DNA of 62,102 nt, the filler included, from Asterionella formosa (taxonomy: Eukaryota), in assembly GCA_002256025.1 (NCBI GenBank). It is 19 parts of 19 records of this genome, joined end to end, with 100 filler letters (N's around TTAATTAATTAA, not from the genome) between each part and the next. Parts side by side here need not be neighbours in the genome. Positions count along the whole stretch, not along the records: positions 32,790 to 35,962 come from NKIB01014398.1; positions 36,063 to 39,232 come from NKIB01014400.1; positions 39,333 to 42,502 come from NKIB01014401.1; positions 42,603 to 45,772 come from NKIB01014402.1; positions 45,873 to 49,040 come from NKIB01014403.1; positions 49,141 to 52,307 come from NKIB01014404.1; 13 more parts are not named here. One strand, given 5' to 3'. Shown piece after piece: positions 35,961-49,477 of this stretch (positions are counted from its first letter, which is position 1; every line of letters begins with the position of its first letter). The notes below the pieces were generated by a model, which was given only the letters and a program-made list of their open reading frames with translations, ran no database searches and was not told the DNA's origin. The translations under genes and the position numbers were made by a program.

Positions 35961-37999
35961 TTNNNNNNNNNNNNNNNNNNNNNNNNNNNNNNNNNNNNNN
36001 NNNNNNTTAATTAATTAANNNNNNNNNNNNNNNNNNNNNNNNNNNNNNNNNNNNNNNNNNNNCAAAAATTGAAGGGTTTCATTGAGTTTAACTCTCAGCA
36101 GACCCAAACTGAGTCACACTTTCAATATGAATCATTAGCCTTCTTCATGTGACCCTTGAATATCCAACACAACAAAGCTGTTTTCAATCAAGTCGATGCA
36201 GATTGATTTATTTTATTTGGTTTAACTCTCGTCAGCAAGCAGACCGGAATCGATTTTTGATTTCCATATGAATCATTACTAGTCTTCATCAAATAATGAC
36301 AGATTATTCTGTACAACAAACAGTATGCATGCAAAATTCGAACGAGTCGACACAAACCTGACAGAACTGTTTGTTTTCGATTGAATGCTCACTTGATCCA
36401 AATTAAATTTCTATTTCCATGTGAATTATTATTCTTTGCTGTGACGGTGGTACTTTGTTGAACAAAGCTCGACTCAAGTAGAATTGATTGTTTACATAAT
36501 ATGTCAGCTAGCCCCAACTTAATTTTCGCCTTGCTTCCAGAACATATGAATTCTTCTTCTTCATTATGACCATTGATGTTATCCAACAACCCCAAAACAT
36601 AACAATGCTGGTCCTTGTTCATAGAACTTGTACTTCATGATGAAATAATTAACTAGCAAATCAAAACAGTATTTTTGAACTTTTTAGACTATTTGGTACC
36701 GATTGAATTTTGATTTTGATCTGAACTGCTATTTGAAGTCATGATGTGAAATTTTTTCCAACATCGACTCGAAATAGCATTCTCTTGGTACTGCCAGCTA
36801 ACTCAAAATGCTAGTCACATGGTGCATTCTTGAGTGTACCACCAGGTGAACCATACAATTCCATCCATGCACAATTTCATACATGCATTGTATATTTTAT
36901 AATTTTTTGCCCTATTTCGACATCAAGTATGGCATACGAATGGATTCTGGATTCCGTCCTGTGGTGGTATCATACTCGTGTGAAGAATTCATTGTATGTA
37001 GTAGCAAGTTCATATCTGACCTACTATGTGAATGTCAAAGCTCCGGTAAAATCATTTATTCAGCTAAAATGATATGAGCTCTCCAAACCTGGTGAATAAA
37101 TTTGTTCTTTTAATTAAATTACTATTAGCTCTAAGTATATATATATACATCCATAAAATAAACTGAATTTATGAAGCACCTCAAAGCTACTACAATATGT
37201 TTGGTAGAGAACCCCACGTGGCCCTTCCTGGAAAACTAAGCCTGAGTTTATGAAATCAAATTTCACCTGGCTGGTGTCAGCCCAACATACATGGTGACTC
37301 TATGCGCTAGCACTCAGGAAAAATGGCGGATGAGTACATTCTCTTCAATGAGACTCTTGAATGAGAGTCAGATAGATCGATATTTGTGCCAGCAGGGAAT
37401 GCTGGTTGCGGTTTTTGATCCACCCTCACCTTGTCTTTCAACCTGTGACGAAAGTGGCGATCGTTGTTTGAGTGCTTTGGGAAAGTTCATACCATAAAAT
37501 TTTGCTTGTGTTAGTAGGCTGCTTTGCTATCAGTGTTCTGTGTTGTTGGTTGTGTCAGATGAAGCTTCATTTGCTAATCTGAGTGTATTGGTAAGTTTTG
37601 AATTTATTGTTTTTGCCCTTTCCATATCATGCACGATTGGATAAGACTACTGGTTTGCTGATTTATCTCAAGCTCTTGCTTAAAAGCTTTTGGCTCTTGA
37701 ATATGAAGATAGAAATCTGCTTCATTTTTTTCCAAAGTGTTGCTTGTTTTCATAGATGTACATACTTTCAATTTCCATTGTACCACTGCTGCTAAACGTG
37801 CTGGGATTGTAGAGGGGAATATTTTTTTGATTTCAATTTTATTTCCAATTATGGTTTCGACATTTGTGAACATATTGAGGCATCATTCTCAGCTCTATAT
37901 GCCACAGTACAACATGCACAGCACCCATGGCGCCCGCCCACGACTCCATCCACCAAGCAATATTTGATCCTATGTAACATTGGCTGCCCACCGCTCAAT

Positions 38000-38443
38000 T
38001 CACCCTATGAAACAAATATTAGACACACTACCGGCGGTGCAAAAGAATTTCAAGACAGGATTGACCTCGAGGGCCTCTGCAATGACTTTGGTGCCAATTA
38101 AATTGTGTACAAGATAAAGGATTCTCAAGAAAGTATTGGGAACCTTGAGGGCCTCTGAAATGGCCTTGCCACCATTCTTGTCACCAATTGAATTATCACT
38201 GAGATAAAGAGAAATCAAGAAAGTATTGTTGACTCTCGAGCCCCCTGAAATTATGTACTTGGCCCCGTAAACACCAATTAAAATATAGTAGAGGTTCACT
38301 GTAATCAAGTCAGTATTGACCTTGACGGACCCAGGAATGGCCATGGTATAGTCATCCCGCCCTCTCGAAATACTATTGTAGATATAATGGGGATCAAGCT
38401 CAGTCAAACTTGTATTCGCGTTCAACTTCGCAGCATATTTCAT
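38000..38443 (-). pseudogene. Degenerate RI-like LRR gene, paralogous to the LRR at 21990-22240
   Basis: KLNANTSLTEL and LYLSDNSIGDKNGGKAISEALKV match RLKANDPSLTEL and LYLGDNSIGNRGAKAIAKALKD. Confidence 0.7.
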
Positions 38444-39927
38444 CTTTATCACATGCGAAATAATGTATGAATTATATAGAAATTGGCGACGAAAGAACAA
38501 AACAAAATTTTACCATGATGAGCCTTTCAGCTGAATTATTAACAAATCCTAAAAATTGTTTTGTTTCCTCAAATCACACATTGTCTTCGACAGACAATGA
38601 GATGATGCAACATTAAGATGAGCAAAGCATAATTTTAATGTAGCTAACTATGAGCAGAGCAAGTCGTAACTGCGTTTTTCCTGCTGTAGCTAGTAGCTAT
38701 CATGTAAAACTAATTACTGGCACACTCTTGGAATGAATAAGAGATCATAGCTCGTGGAGATCAACAACACCAACGACAGTTATTGTATTTGTTCTGGGCA
38801 GGCGCAGCAGCAAGTGCTATAATACTAAAATTAGTACTTCTTGATATCGTTCTCTTTTCGTGAAAACTAAACAGCCAGTTATTGTATCTACACAGAAAAG
38901 GACCATTGTAATACAATACAAACGGATAGTATATTTTATAGCCAATTGTACTCCCCTATTTTTAGGCAAAAATAAAGCAAGTATCAGGCTCGTAGGTACT
39001 TTTTCAACAATGCAACCTTGAACTTTCCAGGTTACTTGCCCTCAATTAATTATGCTACTCTTGTACACAACCTACAGCCGTTCCCAAGGCGCTGCGACTG
39101 TTTTAATCACCCGTGACCATGGCGCTGTCCGCCCATGCTGCTCCTCTCACTCCTGCTCCTCCTGAAATTTTTTATGGCTGACACTGTTTACTTCACTCCT
39201 GCTCATCCCCCATGCGAATCATCTCACAAATCNNNNNNNNNNNNNNNNNNNNNNNNNNNNNNNNNNNNNNNNNNNNTTAATTAATTAANNNNNNNNNNNN
39301 NNNNNNNNNNNNNNNNNNNNNNNNNNNNNNNNTTGTCTTCCATGTCAATATAATTGTTGGTTCTAGTAACTAGAGAGCGGTTCCTATAAGGTTGCTATAG
39401 TCGAACACTTTCTTGATATAGTTAATCAAGTACTCTGTAGTGGTTTCGTAGTCAGATGCCTGCTACACCAATCCAAGGTAATAGTTGTAGTCATTAATAG
39501 ACTTCTTGTTGGTATGCGATGCATGATTGCTCCCTCCCTTCGCTTGGAATTTGCTTTTGACATGAGCCTTCTTGGTAAACCTTCCTTTGCCACCCATTTT
39601 GCGCATTTTTCGAGTTCTTCAGACTCTGAGTATTCAGGTTCACTCAATTCTTGTCTTTGGACTCTCCACAGTCTGCCTGATGTTGTTTCTTGTCTTATGG
39701 CGCTTCTTGACCGGCTAATTCTATTAAGTCTGTTGAAATTGTGTCCTTAAGCTTTCTATTCTTGATTTCTGTATCTCTGGAAAAAACAAAGCAAGGACCA
39801 AATAGATTGTAGATATAACCAATGGTTGATTCCAATCATTCCTAAATTTTATAGAATTATGAGTTTTAGTCATGGTGCTGATTTTTTTCGAATTCTGATT
39901 TCGGCACCTTTTGATTCATTTAATTCA

Positions 39928-39959
<32 letters not shown>

Positions 39960-41433
39960 GTCACTACTTTTTCAATAACGCAACTTTAAACTTAAGGGTT
40001 CCCTGACTAATATCAATTGAATTATTATAGTAATCGGCCTACGGCCGCTTCTATGCTGCTCCGCAATGGGTCGTTTCGCCAGCACTGCTCCCCCCTGTGC
40101 CCCGCCTGAAAGCGACTTTCCTGTGGATGTTGAAGATTTCACCATCCCACCTTCCCTATGCTCCAAACAACAGCCAGAAACACTCAAGACTCAACTAGAT
40201 CAAGCTTGCCCTGGCGCAGACGTCAAGCGTCACACCCTTAATCGCCCCTCTTCACATCCCTTATATGACGCTCCCTATTCCCTCACCGCTAATCTTCCAA
40301 ATACCTCGAATCTCCCTGCATTTTCTGCAGTTTCTGGATTTCACCAAAAATTCTTTCACTTTCTCATGGCTTCCTACATTTCAACCTGGCCATCATTGCC
40401 TGCCAGGCTTCTCATATCAACCAAAAGTCTCTACACAGCTTCCGATACATTTTTTCTGCCCTCCCAGGTCCTACTAAATTGTTTTCTTATCATACCACGA
40501 CCTCTATCTGGCTACTAAAGAATTCCTTCCGCCCATTGCAAAGGATCTCATTTCAAAATTTTCCCAAATGGCTGGCCATCCAATTTAACATTTTCCTTGT
40601 ATTCCTCGATTAGCCTTACTTGCTGTCCCACCTGTCTCCTTGATGTTCAAACACAGGAGTGCTTTCCCTTCTCACGACAGCCATATCGTCCTGGCCATCG
40701 CCTGTCAGGCTTCTTATATCAAATTATCCAAAATCGCAACATTAATTCTGGAAATTGCCCAGGATTCTCAGTTCACAATTGTTCCAAGTGACCAAGAAGT
40801 TTAAATTGGACTCTACATCTTGATTGGCCTTGTTCTTGCTTCTCTGCTCTCTGTCTCCTTGATTGTTCGAAAACATTCCAAAACCTTTTAAATAGTCCTG
40901 TACTGTGCTCCCCACACTCTATCTCTACGGTTGTTTCTCCTAGCCAAGACCCTTCACCCTTGCTCTCTTATCATGTATTCCTTAGCCTACATTCCTCATC
41001 GCTTATTGAATTCTTGGACTCTTAGTACTACTTCAAAAATATCCCACTTTGGCCTTGCAATTTTCAAATTTGCTTTCAATTTCTTGATTGCTGGCCTTCC
41101 ACTCTACTGTCCAATACCTACACTGTTCTACACATGATTCCAAAACACTAGGAGCCTCATAATGTGCTCCTTCTTGTTCTCGCTCATCATCTCTACAGTT
41201 GTTTTACCTCAAAACTGCAACCCCTACTTAGAGTCCCTCAGTGGACTCGCCCTCACTCGAAATTCCTTTGAGGCACATTTGGGCCCTAGTGCAACTTCAC
41301 AAACTCCATTAGATTTGTTGAGGTTCAATGAAACGTACTATAAAATTTTCTTTTTCCACTATATTATAATGTCACTTCAAAAAGTATAAAGTAGTACCAC
41401 CTATAAACCAGGGAACCCTTGTTGACACTTGTA

Positions 41434-42054
41434 CCATATACTTCATGATTGTCCTGGACCCCCCTGTAAATTTTTCTTGATGTGGAACCAAACACCCAAT
41501 AATTTTCTTGTCATAGACAAAGTAAGGTGCTAAAATTCTTTTGTCCTCGTCGTAGGCACTAGTATTTTTTTTATTTAGATACGGTTTTGCGAAACACAAG
41601 AGAAGACAGGTAGTGGTTGTGAGCAGCTGGAGAATCCTTCATAATGTTGTCGCAACCTTGACCATGACGAAAATACGAATTATCTCCACGAAAATAGAGA
41701 ACGACGCTTTGCTAATTGCTGCCTGTATTAAGAACGACATGGAAAATACAATCGTAAAAGAAGTAAAGTAATAACACTCATAATGACAACGAAAATTGAG
41801 ACCGCCGATAACAACATGAAGTCGCGTTTTTCTTGGTGCGAGGTGAAGTACTCTCTCATTTTTCACATCACGGAAACAATTGTTATATTAATATATCTTA
41901 GAAAAATGTGCGCGATCCTGTAGAACTCATGAATTTTACTTAGGTCCAGTATTGGGGAAATCTATTCATTGTCCTGGGCCCCCCCTTAAGTAAAATCAGT
42001 CAAATTCAGTCACGGCAGTTTGCATTGGGGGGTCCAGGACAATGAAGGATATGG
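41434..42054. mobile_element. 621-bp MITE (Tc1/pogo-type) with ~30-bp TIRs and TA target duplication
   Basis: Left TA|ccatatacttcat(gat)tgtcctggacccccc; right ggggggtccaggacaatgaaggatatgg|TA; extra subterminal TIR copy at about 41966-41986. Confidence 0.85.
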
Positions 42055-42602
42055 TATATAATTAAATCTTTTCTATACATTCAACACTACATTAACTGTA
42101 ATCATTGTGGCCTGGTTTATGATTAGGAGGGCGTGGCATCTTGTACCAGCGGACTACCAATACAAAGATTACCAGGTACTTATACCAAGAAGTAGTACCG
42201 GTAATACCATCTCCTGGCTGTGCCGTGGGGGTCGGACGGGAAGCAAATCTCAATCGTATGATTCATCTGAAAAACAAAAACAAAAGAAGCAACGCACGCA
42301 CGACAAAATCACTCACATGCAGACACTGACACCACCATCGTCATTTGGATATATTTCGATGTCCAATCATACCAACGGTACCGGTACCGCTATTGGTTTC
42401 TAATTGGCAAGAACAGTTCCCATCATAGCTACGATCGAGTACAAACTTGCAGGCATACAGAGTTGTGCTTTGAAATGAAGATTAGAAGGTGCTGCAATGT
42501 CTNNNNNNNNNNNNNNNNNNNNNNNNNNNNNNNNNNNNNNNNNNNNTTAATTAATTAANNNNNNNNNNNNNNNNNNNNNNNNNNNNNNNNNNNNNNNNNN
42601 NN

Positions 42603-44562
42603 AGAGGAACAGTATCAACTTGATGAAAGGCAAGAACTTTGTTGGCACTCCAAATTGCCTGATTGAGCTCTCGTCGACGCTCCCTTTGGTGTTGTGTAGT
42701 CGGCCACTTCGTAATCTGTTGGAAATCGTTCGCGGCATCCTGACAGACTCGATGCAGACCTCCGATTCTGATGAGCGGCGGGTCTCTCAAGAAAGCATCT
42801 AGCGCAGCTTCTGGATACGTCCGAAAGAAACAGGGCTTAAAACCCTTTTTTAACCATCGTTGTGGCGAGTAGCCGTGGGTTTTGGACACGTCTTTGACAA
42901 CATGAACATACATGGCCTCAAATTCGTTCGGAAAAGAATCATACATTAATTCTCCAGCTCTCACATCTCCTTGGCCATTGTCACACACAAAAACATGGTA
43001 ATATTCTGGATATATCGAAACATACTGCTTAAAGTTGTTGAACTTCTTCAATGCAAGGGGCTCCATGTCATTGGTCATCATGTACTCCGTTCCAGATGCA
43101 ATATCACCAGCGAGGAGCGACGGCACAGTGTGCATTCCTTTTCTACCATTCGAAGCATTTCTCAGCTGTTCGAACTTTGCAAAGTTGATCTTCTCACTGA
43201 CATCCTTGTATACATGAGGACGTGCAGAAAGGAACACCAGATTTCCAACGCGATGTTCTGGCCATTCGTCAGGTCCTTTGGTTCCCAAATCCAGCTCCCG
43301 ATAAAAAGCCAGAACACCAGGATACACAACTTTCTTGCTATATCTCTTATCAATCCCTGCTGGATAGGAACCACCACTGCATGACAAGGTATCGTCTACA
43401 TCAGACAAAACCTTCCTCCACGCCTGATGTTGTCGCAATTTGGCTTTTTTGGTGTTCATTTGCATGTGCGCGTGCTGCACACCAGCTTCTTTCCGAATGT
43501 GTCTCAGGATATCCTGGCGTATCGTCTCGGACCCAATGTCATTATAAATGAGTTTATTCATGGAAAAGTAATCCCCTTTCGCGTCCGTCAATGTTTTAAG
43601 TTCCGAAAGGTCGTCTTGATGTGTATTGAGTATTACATTTCTAACCCAATACTCTGCCCTGGGAGTAGCTCTCAATTTCATCAATTGCAGCGCATGCAAA
43701 ACAATCACTCTCGACATGACAGTCAGAGTCGGAAGACGGTCCATGGCCAGTAGTTGAATGAGTTCTGTCCGATGCTGCCCCGAAAAGTTCCTATGATCCT
43801 TAATTTTGTAGAACAAGAGTCCCAGCTTAACGTGCGATATTAAAAAGTTGAGCGCCCGTGCGTCACATTCTTCAAAAATGTTAATAATTTCTCTTTCCTT
43901 TGTTAAAATGAATCGTTGGTTGATAAAATTATTAATCGTCGATGGAATCAACAGTTGATCAATGTCCGCCAAACACGAGTGTATTTTAGCAAGCTGGTCC
44001 TCCACTGGAATGCCCAATGCTTGCAGTCGATTGAGCGATGCCGTCGCGGTTGAATTCCTCCGTAAGGAAATGGAAACTTGCCTCGAAATGGCCACTCTAT
44101 GCAAGTGTCGATCCCACATGTGCATGGCATAGCCCATGGCGATGACCCCAAAGAATCCGGCGGACGGCGACCAACGACCAAAGGCAATGGGCGAGTCCTT
44201 CGCAAAAAAGAGTGCCGTGGAGAATAATAAAGCAAAAATGGTCCAGAATCTGTTCTCAAACTCCTGTGCGTGGTGCACACCGTGTTCTTCATTGGCGAGG
44301 AACAGGTAGAGTGTGTACAGGAGGGAGACGAGACACGAGCAAAAGACCGGAGCGACGGCGAAGAGTGCCAAGATCATGAGAACCGTGCTCTGTGCGTGAG
44401 CAAGGACGGAAGGAAGAAAGTATGAGAAGGCATTGCTTCACACAGGCATGCCATGGAAATGCATTCATGTTACAGTTGCCTGTTCATGGCGGGGTTTCAC
44501 ACCACACTAAAACGTACCACGAGCACTCCCAACAGGATTAGCATTGCCGCCACTCGATCCAT
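42603..44562 (-). CDS. Membrane-anchored App1-like HAD phosphatase (phosphatidate phosphatase family); intron 44390-44517, 3' truncated
   Basis: N-terminal TM helices; KVLSDVDDTL (DxDxT), VYPGV, FLSARP, FVCDNGQGD. A 45-nt first exon splices in frame. Confidence 0.75.
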
Positions 44563-45970
44563 GATAGGGATTGATATGATTTAATCCAGGGATACTAAAT
44601 GGCTGGAACGTTAGGATGGAACGCGCTTGTACCTGCTTGTTATGAACGAATCAGGAACATGGAAGGAAGGAACAGATCTTATGCAATAAACTACCGGTGT
44701 GGACCTGTGCATGATTGCAATAATTGCTTAATACTCCATTAGTTATTTTCATCGAGAAGGCAGAAAACTCAAATCATCACAACCTCATGATCATAAATAA
44801 ATAAATAAATATATAAATACGGGTACGTGAATAAACCGTTACGTATGGTCATCCTACTTTGTATTTGTATAGTGGTAGGATTTACAAATGTACCCGTAAA
44901 GTAGTATCATTACATACGTCATCATGGTTCATACAATAACGACTGTCTGACAGACGGATGGTGAATAATGAGAAAACAATGGTAATATGTCAGCCAACAA
45001 AGCGAATGCTGACCTTTACATTTTCTAGCAATTGCTGATGTCCTGTGTAGACTTTGGAGGCCAGCTAATTATTCTGGTACGAGTAGACTCAAGTCAGTCT
45101 TTAATTATTCAGTAGTGCTACCAATATACAAGTAGAAGTAATTGTTGCCTTTTATGAGTCCAGTTGCTTGCTAGTGCTAGTAGCTGCTATCATAAGAAAT
45201 TACTAGAGTATATTGGTTTGCTAAACCTTCTGATGGCTAGAAATGGTATGTAGCAAATTACATACAACTCAGAGCTCAAGTATTTCTAGCTATCCAGGGA
45301 GAAGGAAACTAGTAACGAAATAGTCAAGAATATTCCAACAAGATCTGACCATACTTGTGCTTTCAGAACAATGCCTTGGTCTACATGCAATACTCTAGAC
45401 CTACTACCGGTAAGCATAAGATAAGTTCTACTATATTCAATGTAGACCTAAGCATCTAAGAAAATATTGCCTTGCTGTTTTTGCTTTGTGGTCCTTCATT
45501 CTTCTTTTTTTACCGGTACATAAACTTGTATGTGATGGCATACCGGTAGCTGCAATGTTGATGATGTGAATCAAATAACAATGTATGTAATCTACATTTA
45601 TAGAATGCTAGGTGCCAAACACATTGGATTCCGATTACCTGGTACCACCTAAAAACTTTGTTGAACCTCTATTTCACTATGTTCGATTGATTATTAGTAT
45701 GACCAAACACTGATTTTTTCATTTCAATCATCTTAGGTGCTCCAGATGTTCATGAGAGGTGGGGGATTATGANNNNNNNNNNNNNNNNNNNNNNNNNNNN
45801 NNNNNNNNNNNNNNNNTTAATTAATTAANNNNNNNNNNNNNNNNNNNNNNNNNNNNNNNNNNNNNNNNNNNNAAATTCCACTTTCTCGTCACAGTCATGA
45901 GACTGAATACTGGCGGTAATCACGGAAAAGCAATACTCCGAGTAGGCACTAGCTATAAACTATCGGAACC

Positions 45971-47151
45971 ATGACAACTCCGCCCAGCGTCTCGTTTCAC
46001 ATTGTGGGGGATTGTTACGTTGGTACGTTTGATTAATTACCGCTCAAACCTGCATACGTTTCCAGACTGTGATGGACAAATGAGCGTCAGCCGAGCCGCC
46101 TCCACTTGCAAATACTCAATCGGTTCTGCTTCTCAAAGACCTCTTTTGCTTCCTTCAGGATGGCTTACCCGAAGCAGGAGGGGACTCTCGCCTGACGCAC
46201 CCAGTCCATAAGATGGCCGGAGGATCCGCTGTCAACTCCGCGACGCACCTGGTAGCGTTGGAGCGTGAATCCACGGATGATCGATCTGTCACCTTGCACA
46301 CAGCCATTAATCCAACAGACGACTTCGGCAAGCTCATGTTGAATCATACCGCTACACATGGAATTCCATTTATTAATTGTGCTCACGAGAATGAGTTTTC
46401 GGCTTCCACTGGACACTGTATTGTCATTGTCGCCAACAACGAACGATCCTTCATGACTCACCAAGGTGTCATAGCAGGCCTTGCTGCCAACAAGGTGCAC
46501 TTCAACGTCATGGCACACGAAGCAAACATTATCCACGTACACATCGCTGGGTTTTACAACATTCAAGGTTTCTGGGATGGTCAACTACAGGAACGTATAG
46601 CGTGGCTAAGGCAAACACGAAAGGAACAAACGACATGCATATCCTTAGTGACGCAGCACGATGCGACTGGTGAATGGGATGGAGGACTGGTGGACTTGCT
46701 GCCTTGTCTAGATTTTGTTTTTCTCAATGATTTGGAAGCTAAGTATGTTACGAGACTCGCAGGCGAGGACGTTGCAATGGAGCACTTTGTGGAATACTTT
46801 GCACGAGTAGCGCCAAACACATGTGCGATTATCACTAGGGGAGAACACGGAGCGATTGCGATTCGAAATGGAATCATCATTGCAAAGCAAGCTGCCGTAA
46901 AAGTGCTACCGATTGATCCAACCGGAGCTGGGGATGCATTTTGCGCTGGATTTCTGAAAGGTATTTGGGACTGGCGAAGAAGCCACCCTAGGACTGCTAC
47001 TGGTGGAGAATGGCCACCACAGGCTATTCAAAGCGCCTTGGCCCTTGGGTGTAGTGTGGCAACGTGCAGTGTTCTAACACGAGGCGCCAGTATTCCATCG
47101 GATCCAATTCAGATTCAAGAGTTCATGAGGCAAACAATGGAGCTAGTATGA
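45971..47151 (+). CDS. PfkB/ribokinase-family carbohydrate kinase; intron 46023-46138
   Basis: Spliced IVGDCYVDL; AGGSAVN; FLNDLEA; ITRGEHGA; DPTGAGDAF. Confidence 0.92.
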
Positions 47152-47596
47152 TAACAATCCGTGTATCATAGAGCTAGCGGCAGCAATAATCTTTTATTTT
47201 AACAATATCATTGCCTTTCTCAACACCGATTACCAAACGACATTTATTAACTCAAAAGTGAACACCGTTATCTGGAACACTTGTTATATTCAGCAATCCA
47301 TTCTCAAGTCCGGGGGATAGTATCCACATACCCCAGCGACAATTCCACCCTAATAGGAGCGAATGGTTGATAAAACTTGCGATTTAAAGGGTAGAGCTGG
47401 GCCTATCCCTTCCACCGGTGCAACATAAAAAAGTGTGTTGTACACGTCGAGTCTGAAAACATTTGCAAGTTGGAAACTTTAGTTCCTCAACACTGTAGCT
47501 ATAGTTGAACTTTGACACTTGATTTCGCACTTACTTAATCATGTTGAGAATTTGGTAAGTGTCAAGACCAAATGGCTTGTGCTCGAACGGATTTCA

Positions 47597-48954
47597 TTAA
47601 TCTGAACAATCTTCCATTGCAGCCCCAGAAAGAACTTCATTTTCTTTATATTCCACAATCGATATTTTCATGGGATACCGGCTACTTCCATCTCCCAAAT
47701 TAGGATCAACGGAAGCCTGTTGAACAAACAACAGAATCGGTCCCAATGTATCTTCTTGTTTAAAGCTCACTGGCCCCAAGGTCGGAACATAAAACTTCCA
47801 CTTCTGCGGAAGATCCGCTTCTAATAGCTTCATAATTTCTGCTCGCGCCTCCACAAAAGTAGCGTCTCGGCGGGATTGTAATTGGACAAAGCCAATGTTG
47901 ATGCCTTGACATTCAATGCGACAGTACAGTTCAGAGTCCACCTGTATGGTTGCATTTTGAATCGACAACGCTGCTTGCAGGTTACTCCTTGTTGGATTCT
48001 TCGTCCGGCTCGGCAATACGTTGACTATCTCCAAATCCGGCAACAATTTTTTGGCCCGGGCAGTTCGTCCTCGCTTCCGACTTTGTTTGGATGGCACAAA
48101 ATCTGAAGTCGACGATTGCGATTGCTTAACAGGTGATAAGATGGCATTGGGATCAGGATGATTCCAATCCATACGATGATCAATAGCTTTCCCCAATTCC
48201 AGAATGGCCACTTTGATGGCTTCATCGTACATGATAGATCGATTCTTCCCTGTATGCCTGGCAACTTTGCCAAGGTGCAAATTTTCTGCAAGGCCTTCGT
48301 TCCATTCCATGATTTTGCTATCCGGTAGTACTGCAAAGGGTGCTTCGTGGCACTGAAAGAAATAAACCAAATGCCGTCGACCCAAATGTTTTCTGGCCAA
48401 ATCCCTCGCGCCACCCACTGTCATGCGGGGATCATAGATATAGGAGGGCCACCAGCCAAATCCCGGCCCACCCTGGGCCCACACGACTTCCCCAAATCGT
48501 TCTGTGTACAAGGGTGGTAGTGCCGAGACCATGTAGTCTAGTCCGTCGATGTCATAGTCGCGTTTGGGTTCAGCAAGCTGCTGGCGCGATGGTTTGCATT
48601 TGCCTGTAAGAACATCGTGCGACAATTCAGAGCGTGAGAGAATTTTCAACTGACTGCAGCGACGGCGTGGGAAAGGTACTCACCACAGTACCAATCCCCC
48701 AGTGGAACAGCCTGCAAGGGAGGATTCAAGCAGTACAAATGATATTCTGCGTTGCATGCTTCGCACAAGAGAAGATTGGCATGATCGTTGTCTTTCCGAC
48801 AGACTCTGCAGCCTTCATCCTTCAGCGACGCTGGACTGCGACTGTGACCATTCGAGAGCAGTGCTTTGCTTTCAGCTTTTGCCACTTTCAGCAGCAGCTT
48901 TTCTCGCTTCTGAGGAGGGAGAAACATGCCGCGGCGGCCAGATTTAGAGGCCAT
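47597..48954 (-). CDS. PHD finger + PWWP domain chromatin reader; intron 48604-48683
   Basis: CRVC...LLCEACNAEYHLYCL...WYCGKC (completed by splicing); GEVVWAQGGPGFGWWPSYI...LVYFF. Confidence 0.9.
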
Positions 48955-49140
48955 TGATGCTGCTAGAGTCGATGAGGAACCAGTGAGAACATCGCGTCAC
49001 GTCTTTGGTTGCAAAAATAATACTCGAGAATTTGTAACACNNNNNNNNNNNNNNNNNNNNNNNNNNNNNNNNNNNNNNNNNNNNTTAATTAATTAANNNN
49101 NNNNNNNNNNNNNNNNNNNNNNNNNNNNNNNNNNNNNNNN

Positions 49141-49477
49141 CAGCGAATGGAACTATTCCAGTGAGGGTCATTCCAATCATTGGGTTAAGCAGAGCCGATA
49201 GGCAAATACACACCAAGGTTGCCAAGAAGATCTGAACCCCAGTTCCGATAAAGACGCAGAAAAACATCGGGTTATTCTGTGGAGGTCTGAATACGTCGGC
49301 GTGAACCAATTTCCAACCAGTCTTATCCACATCTTCATCCTTTTCTTCGTCCGCCAACGCAGCAATAGCGTTGTAACCAGCAATATCCCGCTTCAAGTTA
49401 CGGACAAGTATAGATACCACAAGAAGAGACAAGAACAAGACCACCAATATGGAGTTGGTGATGGAATACCAATGCAC
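49141..49477 (-). pseudogene. Fragment of a TM9SF/EMP70 (nonaspanin) gene
   Basis: HWYSITNS...RNLKRDIAGYN...GWKLVHADVFRPP, then a jump to GIVPFA. No lumenal domain is recognisable upstream. Confidence 0.8.

Noticed and set aside
34700..37970. Many 60-100-aa ORFs in AT-rich intergenic DNA
   Set aside because: No motifs, often non-ATG starts; consistent with chance ORFs.
47340..47460. Possible C/D-box snoRNA between convergent genes
   Set aside because: No clean RUGAUGA box or terminal stem.
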